A stretch of DNA of 64,000 bases from the sequence record MT446412.1. One strand, written 5' to 3'. Shown in pieces: positions 55,894 through 64,000 of the stretch. The notes beneath the pieces were generated by a model. It did not search any database and was not told the DNA's origin. It saw only the letters and a program-made list of their open reading frames with translations. Position 1 is the first letter of the stretch, and every line of letters begins with the position of its first letter. Origin of the DNA: Escherichia virus TH41. A program made the position numbers and the translations under genes.

Positions 55894-56805
55894 ATGTCTA
55901 TGTTTAAACGTAAAAACCCTGCTGACCTGGCTGCTTCCCTTAACGCTCTGAAAGGTGGTGCTGGTTTCTCTTCTGACGATAAAAAAGAATGGAAACTGAA
56001 AGATACTGATGGTGTCGGCTCTGCGGTTATTCGTTTCCTGCCTTCTAAGAATGAAGAAAATCCATCTCCGTTCATCAAGCTCGTTAACCACGGCTTTAAA
56101 AACGCGGGTCAATGGTATATTGAAAACTGTACTTCTACTCACGGTGATTATGAAAACTGTCCTGTGTGTGCGTACATGAATAAGAATGACCTGTACAATA
56201 CAAACGAATCCGAATATCGTAAACTGAAGCGTAATACTTCTTACTGGGCTAACATCCTGGTCATTAAAGACCCTGCTGTTCCGTCTAATGAAGGTCAAGT
56301 ATTCAAATACCGCTTCGGCAAGAAAATCATGGACAAAATCAACCAGATGGTTGAAGTCGATGTTGACATGGGTGAAACTGCTATCGATGTAACTTGTCCG
56401 TTTGAAGGTGCGAACTTCGTACTGAAATCTAAAATGGTTTCCGGTTATAAAAACTACGATGATTCCAAATTCATGAACCAGTCTGAAATCGCTGGTATCA
56501 ATGATGAAGCATTCCAGAAAAAACTTTGGGACGAAATGTCTGACCTGAATGAATTGCTGGTATTTAAATCTCTTGAAGAGAATCAGAAGAAATTCTCTAA
56601 AGTAATGGGTACGGCTGCTCTCGGTGGTGCTGCTTCTAAAGCTGCTGCGCAAGCCGATAAACTGGGCGCTGACCTGGACGATTTTGATAAAGATATGGAA
56701 GACTTCACTTCCAGCAAACCTGCTAAGTCTGAACGCACTGCGACTGCTCCAAGCACTCCAGAGCCTTCTGATGATGGTCTTGACGACCTTCTGGCTGGCC
56801 TTTAA
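55894..56805 (+). CDS. 32: ssDNA-binding protein gp32
   Basis: 303 aa; zinc site [10 protein letters not shown]; acidic C-terminal tail; collinear with T4 gp32 (start may be the second ATG at 55900). Confidence 0.95.
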   Translation: MSMFKRKNPADLAASLNALKGGAGFSSDDKKEWKLKDTDGVGSAVIRFLPSKNEENPSPFIKLVNHGFKNAGQWYIENCTSTHGDYENCPVCAYMNKNDLYNTNESEYRKLKRNTSYWANILVIKDPAVPSNEGQVFKYRFGKKIMDKINQMVEVDVDMGETAIDVTCPFEGANFVLKSKMVSGYKNYDDSKFMNQSEIAGINDEAFQKKLWDEMSDLNELLVFKSLEENQKKFSKVMGTAALGGAASKAAAQADKLGADLDDFDKDMEDFTSSKPAKSERTATAPSTPEPSDDGLDDLLAGL

Positions 56806-56809
56806 TATA

Positions 56810-56834
56810 AGGGGACCTTCGGGTCCCTTTTTTA
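56810..56834 (+). terminator. intrinsic terminator (TTCG tetraloop)
   Basis: GGGACC-TTCG-GGTCCC followed by TTTTTT. Confidence 0.7.
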
Positions 56835-56847
56835 TTTTCAAAAAGTA

Positions 56848-56877
56848 GTGTACAAGTCCCTTGAGCTAAGGCATAAT
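56848..56877 (+). promoter_or_regulatory. early promoter cassette
   Basis: GTGTACA, 17 nt, CATAAT; leader CATCAACTACTGA. Confidence 0.6.
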
Positions 56878-56915
56878 GATTCCATCAACTACTGATAACA
56901 ACTGAGGAAATAAAA

Positions 56916-57278
56916 ATGGAAATCGGCAAAAAATATGAGTTCAATCCACATCGTATTAAATCTTTCATTGATATTAGTTCATCGAATGCTAGTATGGTTG
57001 ACATCATCCAAGAAAATGGCGGTTGGTTTGAAGTTAAATCAATATCAAGTGCAGACGGCTATGATTATGTAACCGAAATCATTTGTGCTAATGGTGCAAT
57101 CTATAATGATGATGGCATGGGTGATGATTATTTTGAACTTAGTGAAGAAGAGTTTTATTGCTTCCGTGAATACTCTAGTTATACAAAAACACCTTCAGGG
57201 GCGGTTTCTATTAATTGTGTTGTAGATGTTAATAACGTCGACCAAATCATTGAACTTCTACAAAAAGCTTTCAAATAG
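56916..57278 (+). CDS. hypothetical acidic protein (120 aa)
   Basis: ORF; paralogous to 57628..57996. Confidence 0.55.
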   Translation: MEIGKKYEFNPHRIKSFIDISSSNASMVDIIQENGGWFEVKSISSADGYDYVTEIICANGAIYNDDGMGDDYFELSEEEFYCFREYSSYTKTPSGAVSINCVVDVNNVDQIIELLQKAFK

Positions 57279-57280
57279 CA

Positions 57281-57310
57281 GTTTACAACGGGTCTATGAT
57301 TATGTTATTA
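57281..57310 (+). promoter_or_regulatory. early promoter cassette
   Basis: GTTTACA; GGTCTAT..ATAGACC inverted repeat around an AT-rich -10; leader CTATCAACTACATGAGG. Confidence 0.5.
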
Positions 57311-57340
57311 TAGACCTATCAACTACATGAGGAAAATAAA

Positions 57341-57568
57341 ATGGCTAAGGTTAATATTGATATCGTTGATTTTGAATACACTTACGAAGTTATTCGTAAT
57401 CGGTATCCTTCTTTGTGTATGACTTACATTAAAGATACTGAAGTCTTTGGTATTCAAATTGAAGTCCAAGGTCCTCTTGAAGATATTACCCGCTTTATGC
57501 AAAATGAATATTGTGACGGTATGTACCCAGAAGACGCTGAATTTTATATGGGTTTGATTCAAGCTTAG
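57341..57568 (+). CDS. hypothetical protein (75 aa)
   Basis: ORF. Confidence 0.5.
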   Translation: MAKVNIDIVDFEYTYEVIRNRYPSLCMTYIKDTEVFGIQIEVQGPLEDITRFMQNEYCDGMYPEDAEFYMGLIQA

Positions 57569-57602
57569 TATACAAACCAACTGGAACATGATAATATGTT
57601 CC
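57568..57602 (+). promoter_or_regulatory. early promoter cassette with -10 in hairpin loop
   Basis: GTATACA; GGAACAT-gataat-ATGTTCC perfect inverted repeat (57583-57602). Confidence 0.5.
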
Positions 57603-57627
57603 CTCAATTGAATATGAGGAAATTAAA

Positions 57628-57996
57628 ATGATGGAAACTGGTAAATTTTACGTATTAGACCCTGCTGCCAAAAAACAATTCATCGCTGGTAGTCCTGATG
57701 ACAATTCGCGTATGATTAAGTTGATGGAACAACATGGTAGTTCCTTCAAAGTCCTGGACATGTGCTTTATTGATGGCGATTATTTTGTTGAAAAAGTTGA
57801 AATGAAAGATGGCACCATCCTGGATAGTATGGATGGTGCTGATGAGTACTTTGAACTCGCTGAATGGGAATTCCGTCACTTCATAGAAGTAGATGGTGAT
57901 GCTCCTGATGTTGATACCCAAACCATTCATGTGCAAGTCAATCACAAAAATGCAGCAGAAGTCATTGCACTGATTAAAGCAACTTTTGGGGTCTAA
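57628..57996 (+). CDS. hypothetical acidic protein (122 aa)
   Basis: ORF; paralogous to 56916..57278. Confidence 0.55.
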   Translation: MMETGKFYVLDPAAKKQFIAGSPDDNSRMIKLMEQHGSSFKVLDMCFIDGDYFVEKVEMKDGTILDSMDGADEYFELAEWEFRHFIEVDGDAPDVDTQTIHVQVNHKNAAEVIALIKATFGV

Positions 57997-58252
57997 CATG
58001 ACTAAAGATGATTTCCTGGATGCAGTAGAAAAAGCAAGCGAACAGTTTGAAGTAATGGGTGTACGAGTTCATAAAGACAGAAATTATGGTCTGGATGTTC
58101 AAACATACTCATTATGGCTTGTTGGTGAGCACAGTCTTGCAACCAATCTGGTGATGGGTATGGATGTTCATCCTTTATTAGTTAAGTTCAGAAGTATGGA
58201 AAAAGCCACCAAGGAAATGATTAAACTTGGCAAATGGCTTGATAAAATTTAA
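57986..58252 (+). CDS. hypothetical protein (88 aa)
   Basis: ORF. Confidence 0.5.
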   Translation: MGSNMTKDDFLDAVEKASEQFEVMGVRVHKDRNYGLDVQTYSLWLVGEHSLATNLVMGMDVHPLLVKFRSMEKATKEMIKLGKWLDKI

Positions 58253-58258
58253 AAAGTA

Positions 58259-58288
58259 GTGTACAACCAAATGGGGCTATGACATAAT
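58259..58288 (+). promoter_or_regulatory. early promoter cassette
   Basis: GTGTACA, 17 nt, CATAAT; leader CCATACTGAGTT. Confidence 0.6.
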
Positions 58289-58329
58289 GGTCCCATACTG
58301 AGTTAACAACTAAAACCCTGGAGAATAAA

Positions 58330-58569
58330 ATGAAATTACAACGTGAGAGCATCAAAGATTCAGAAGTTAAAGGCAAATGGTACTTCACAATCCAGGGTAA
58401 CAATCCAGAAGCTCTGGAAAAAGCTGAAGAAACTTTATGCGCGATGGGTTGGAAAGATGAGTGCGATGGTTGCCCTCTTTATGAAGATGGTAGCTCATCT
58501 GGTTTCTGGATTCACCACTCTGACGTTGACCAATTTAAAGCTGACTGGAAAGTTGCTAAGAAAGCGTGA
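58330..58569 (+). CDS. hypothetical protein (79 aa)
   Basis: ORF after the cassette. Confidence 0.5.
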   Translation: MKLQRESIKDSEVKGKWYFTIQGNNPEALEKAEETLCAMGWKDECDGCPLYEDGSSSGFWIHHSDVDQFKADWKVAKKA

Positions 58570-58579
58570 GGAAAATATA

Positions 58580-60355
<1,776 letters not shown>

Positions 60356-60356
<1 letters not shown>

Positions 60357-60553
60357 TGAATATTCGTATAGTAAACAATAGATACGGCACCAATGAGGTG
60401 CTGTTTGAAAAAATGAACATAAGTCTCGATGAACTGCCTAAAGAGAAAACAACGATTTTTGTCCAGGGTAAAGAACTTTATGTTATGCGTGTTATTAAAT
60501 CGTATGAATATGATGATTTCAATCGGTCTATCTGGTTTATTGTCGAGGTATAA
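60356..60553 (+). CDS. hypothetical protein (65 aa)
   Basis: ORF overlapping td stop. Confidence 0.45.
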
Positions 60554-60614
60554 TGAAAATTCAAATTGCCGGTATTTTATTTCTGGCCGTAATGGTCGGG
60601 CTTAACTTCCTACT

Positions 60615-60914
60615 ATGAAAGCCTGTCGGGTTGTTAACAAATATCAATCCGACTTTGATGTGAATATTCAACGGGGTACCATGTGGGGAAATCCATATAA
60701 AGATGGTACCCGAGAAGAAAACATAAAGAACTTTAAAGAATATTTCATAGCAAAGATTAAATCGGGTGAAATCAAAAGAGAACATCTTGAAACTCTCCGC
60801 GGAATGCGATTAGCCTGCACATGCAAACCGAAGTCATGTCATGGCGACGTTATCGCTCTGGTCGTTAACAAACTTTTCAAAGACACCTTTTCGCTCGAGG
60901 ATTTGGGTACATAA
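60615..60914 (+). CDS. hypothetical Cys-containing protein (99 aa)
   Basis: ORF; GNPYKDG and CTCKPKSCHGD motifs. Confidence 0.5.
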   Translation: MKACRVVNKYQSDFDVNIQRGTMWGNPYKDGTREENIKNFKEYFIAKIKSGEIKREHLETLRGMRLACTCKPKSCHGDVIALVVNKLFKDTFSLEDLGT

Positions 60915-60973
60915 ATACGATTCCGCTTCAGGGCACTGTGATATAATTATTTAAAATTTAATGAGAGGAAATT

Positions 60974-61219
60974 ATGAATTTACGATTTAAACGCCAGTCA
61001 GGCGAAGTCATTTTTGAAATGCCACAATTTACCGAACAGGATTTACCTGCACCAAATTCTTATATCACTATTGACGGAATCAAATTTCTGGCCAAACGAC
61101 ATGAACGTGTCTACTGTCATGATTCAGCCGGTGATGTCCAGTCATATTTTGACATCACTGTCCAGTCAGAAGAAGAATATAATGATGAAATGACTTCGGA
61201 ACTACCAGAGACAATTTAA
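60974..61219 (+). CDS. hypothetical protein (81 aa)
   Basis: ORF with GAGAGGAAA RBS. Confidence 0.5.
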   Translation: MNLRFKRQSGEVIFEMPQFTEQDLPAPNSYITIDGIKFLAKRHERVYCHDSAGDVQSYFDITVQSEEEYNDEMTSELPETI

Positions 61220-61252
61220 GGTTCCCAACCCTTTTGAACTATAGAGGAAAAC

Positions 61253-63508
61253 ATGCAAGTACAAAAAAGTAGTGGTGTATCCCAAGATTTTGATGGCCAG
61301 AAAATTATTAAAGTTCTTTCTTGGTCATGTGAAGGAACCAATATCGACCCATACGAATTATACGAAACAATCAAACCACATCTGCGCGATGGCATGACTA
61401 CTCGCGATATTCAGACGGTTATCATCAAAGTGTCTGCTGGGCTTATCTCGGTTGAAGAACCAGATTACCAATATGTTGCAGCCAAAGCTACGATGTTTGC
61501 TCTGCGTAAAGATGTTTACGGACAATTTGAGCCGCGTTCTTTTATTGACCAGATTTCTTATTGTGTTAATGAAGGCAAATACGACCCGGAGCTGTTGTCA
61601 AGCTACTCCGCCGAAGAGATTACTTATCTGGAATCTCGTATCAAACACGAACGTGATTTTGACTTGACTTATGCAGGCGCGATGCAGCTTAAAGAAAAAT
61701 ACCTGGTTAAAGATAAAACCACTGGGAAAATCTACGAGACTCCGCAATTCGCTATCATGGCTATCGGCATGGCACTGCACCAGGATGAACCAACGGACCG
61801 CCTGAAGCACGTTTGCCGTTTTTATGATGCAGTATCCACCCGACAGGTTTCGTTGCCCACACCTATCATGGCGGGCGCCAGAACACCTACCAGGCAGTTC
61901 AGTTCATGTGTGGTTATCGAAGCGGCTGACTCCCTGAAGTCAATTAATAAGACTGCTAATTCAATCATCGAATATATCAGTAAGCGTGCAGGTATCGGTA
62001 TCAACGTTGGCATGATTCGTGCTGAAGGTTCGAAAATCGGTATGGGCGAAGTCAAGCATACTGGTGTTATTCCGTTCTGGAAACATTTCCAAACGGCTGT
62101 TAAATCATGTTCACAAGGTGGAATCCGTGGCGGCGCTGCTACTGCTTATTATCCTATTTGGCATTTGGAAGTTGAAAATTTACTCGTTCTGAAGAACAAC
62201 AAGGGCGTTGAAGAAAACCGCATCAGACATATGGACTATGGTGTCCAGCTGAATAACCTGATGATGGAACGACTGGCTAAGAATGATTACATCACTCTGT
62301 TTAGTCCACACGAAGCTGGCGGTGAATTGTATTATTCATATTTTGATAACCCGGATAAATTCCGCGAGTTATATGAAGCCTTAGAAAAAGACCCGACAGT
62401 TCGCAAGAAACGTATCAAAGCAAAAGATGTATTTGAATTATTCATGACCGAACGTTCCGGTACGGCCAGGGTTTATCCGCAGTTCGTCGATAACGTGAAT
62501 GACTACACTCCGTTCATCCGTGACAAGGCTCCGATTCGTCAATCAAACCTTTGCTGCGAAATTGCAATCCCGACTACTGATGTGAACAGCGAAGACGCTG
62601 AAATCGGATTGTGCACATTGTCCGCATTTGTTCTGGATAGTTTTGACTGGCAGGACCAAGATAAGATTAATGAACTGGCCGAAGTTCAAGTTCGGGCTCT
62701 TGACAACCTGTTGGACTATCAGGGTTATCCGGTTAAAGAAGCTCTGAAAGCCAAAAAACGCCGCAACCTGGGTGTTGGGGTTACTAACTATGCTGCATGG
62801 TTGGCAAGCAATTTCGCTTCCTACGCTGATGCAAACGATTTAACGCATGAACTGTTTGAGAGATTACAATATGGCCTTATCCGTGCATCAATCAAGCTCG
62901 CCAAAGAAAAAGGACCTTGCGAATATTATTCAGACACTCGTTGGGCTCGAGGCGAATTACCTATCGACTGGTACAATAAAAAGATTGACCAAATCGCAGC
63001 TCCAAACTACGTTTGTGACTGGGCGCAGTTGCGGGAAGACCTGGTTGAACATGGCATCCGTAATAGCACATTATCAGCACTTATGCCTTGTGAGTCATCT
63101 TCCCAAGTTTCTAACAGTACAAACGGTATCGAACCTCCGCGTGGACCAGTCTCTATTAAAGAGTCAAAAGAGGGTTCCTTTAATCAAGTCGTGCCCAATA
63201 TTGAGCACAATAAAGGATTGTACGATTACGCATGGGTGCTAGCTAAGCAAGGTAACAAACCTTATCTGACACAAGTCGCGATTATGCTGAAATGGGTATG
63301 TCAATCAGCTTCAGCGAATACATATTATGACCCGCAGAATTATCCGAAAGGAAAAGTTCCGATGTCTGTTATGCTTGACGACCTGATGTACTTCTGGTAT
63401 TTTGGTGGAAAAAACCTTTATTATCATAACACTCGAGATGGTTCCGGAACAGACGATTACGAAATCGAAGCTCCTAAAGCAGAAGACTGCTCCGCCTGTA
63501 AACTTTGA
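61253..63508 (+). CDS. nrdA: ribonucleotide reductase large subunit NrdA (class Ia)
   Basis: 751 aa; ATP-cone N-terminus, active-site NLCCEI, C-terminal CSAC. Confidence 0.93.
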   Translation: MQVQKSSGVSQDFDGQKIIKVLSWSCEGTNIDPYELYETIKPHLRDGMTTRDIQTVIIKVSAGLISVEEPDYQYVAAKATMFALRKDVYGQFEPRSFIDQISYCVNEGKYDPELLSSYSAEEITYLESRIKHERDFDLTYAGAMQLKEKYLVKDKTTGKIYETPQFAIMAIGMALHQDEPTDRLKHVCRFYDAVSTRQVSLPTPIMAGARTPTRQFSSCVVIEAADSLKSINKTANSIIEYISKRAGIGINVGMIRAEGSKIGMGEVKHTGVIPFWKHFQTAVKSCSQGGIRGGAATAYYPIWHLEVENLLVLKNNKGVEENRIRHMDYGVQLNNLMMERLAKNDYITLFSPHEAGGELYYSYFDNPDKFRELYEALEKDPTVRKKRIKAKDVFELFMTERSGTARVYPQFVDNVNDYTPFIRDKAPIRQSNLCCEIAIPTTDVNSEDAEIGLCTLSAFVLDSFDWQDQDKINELAEVQVRALDNLLDYQGYPVKEALKAKKRRNLGVGVTNYAAWLASNFASYADANDLTHELFERLQYGLIRASIKLAKEKGPCEYYSDTRWARGELPIDWYNKKIDQIAAPNYVCDWAQLREDLVEHGIRNSTLSALMPCESSSQVSNSTNGIEPPRGPVSIKESKEGSFNQVVPNIEHNKGLYDYAWVLAKQGNKPYLTQVAIMLKWVCQSASANTYYDPQNYPKGKVPMSVMLDDLMYFWYFGGKNLYYHNTRDGSGTDDYEIEAPKAEDCSACKL

Positions 63509-63546
63509 TATAATTATGCTCATGGATGAGCTATTGAGGAAATAAA

Positions 63547-64000
63547 ATGAGTACAGTTTTTAATACCACTCCAGTGGATGTTTTAGCCGAGCCGATGTTC
63601 TTCGGTTCTGGATTGGGGATTGCACGTTATGATATCCAGCGCCATAAAGTTTTCGAAGAATTAACAGAAAAGCAATTATCATTCTTCTGGCGACCTGAGG
63701 AAGTCAACCTGATGATGGATGGAGCTCAATTTAATAAGCTTCCTGAACATCAACAAAATATTTTTACCAACAACCTGAAATACCAATCACTTCTGGATAG
63801 TATCCAGGGTCGTGCTCCAGCTGCAGCATTAGCCGCATTAGTTTCTGACCCGAGTCTTGATACATGGATTCAGACCTGGACATTCAGCGAGACAATTCAC
63901 TCTCGTTCTTATACGCACATCATGCGAAATCTCTATACGGACCCGGCGAAGGTATTCGACGAAATCCTGTTAGATGATGCAATCATGAAGCGCGCAGAAT
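63547..64000 (+). CDS. nrdB: ribonucleotide reductase small subunit NrdB (5' part, runs off window)
   Basis: ATG at 63547 after GAGGAAA; frame open to window end; di-iron ligand block (FSETIHSRSYTH). Confidence 0.85.
   Translation, partial: MSTVFNTTPVDVLAEPMFFGSGLGIARYDIQRHKVFEELTEKQLSFFWRPEEVNLMMDGAQFNKLPEHQQNIFTNNLKYQSLLDSIQGRAPAAALAALVSDPSLDTWIQTWTFSETIHSRSYTHIMRNLYTDPAKVFDEILLDDAIMKRAE

Noticed and set aside
3578-56834. Recurrent GC-stem/TTCG-loop elements considered as possible CRISPR repeats or mobile-element ends
   Set aside because: Stems differ in sequence, spacing is irregular, and most are followed by U-tracts directly after stop codons; they are intrinsic terminators or RNA-stability hairpins.

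Overview
This window reads as a T4-like (Tevenvirinae-type) myovirus genome segment, assigned from protein motifs and gene order alone; no database search was possible. The + strand carries the early replication, recombination and nucleotide-metabolism genes in T4 order: 46, 45, 44, 62, regA, 43, imm, uvsX, 40, 41, 61, 56, soc, modB/modA-like, dda, dexA, 39, rIIA, rIIB, ndd-like, 52, motA and asiA. The - strand carries the late long-tail-fibre operon 34-35-36-37-38 plus holin t, followed on + by rnh, dsbA, 33, 59, 32, frd, td, nrdA and the start of nrdB. Between the conserved genes lie blocks of small accessory ORFs, most of them preceded by a repeated cassette of about 60-80 bp: an early promoter (GTGTACA, 17 nt, TATAAT), a stem-loop and a conserved leader. 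TTCG-tetraloop terminators, MotA-box middle promoters and TATAAATA late promoters are visible. No tRNA, CRISPR array, transposase or intron-encoded endonuclease was found. The best candidates for undescribed biology are the 3.4 kb accessory island between helicase 41 and primase 61 (a small PARP-like HGS-motif protein; two adjacent proteins sharing a sliding-clamp-binding-like C-terminal tail), the two antisense membrane paralogs after gene 61, and the lipoprotein occupying the slot where T4 has gene 42.
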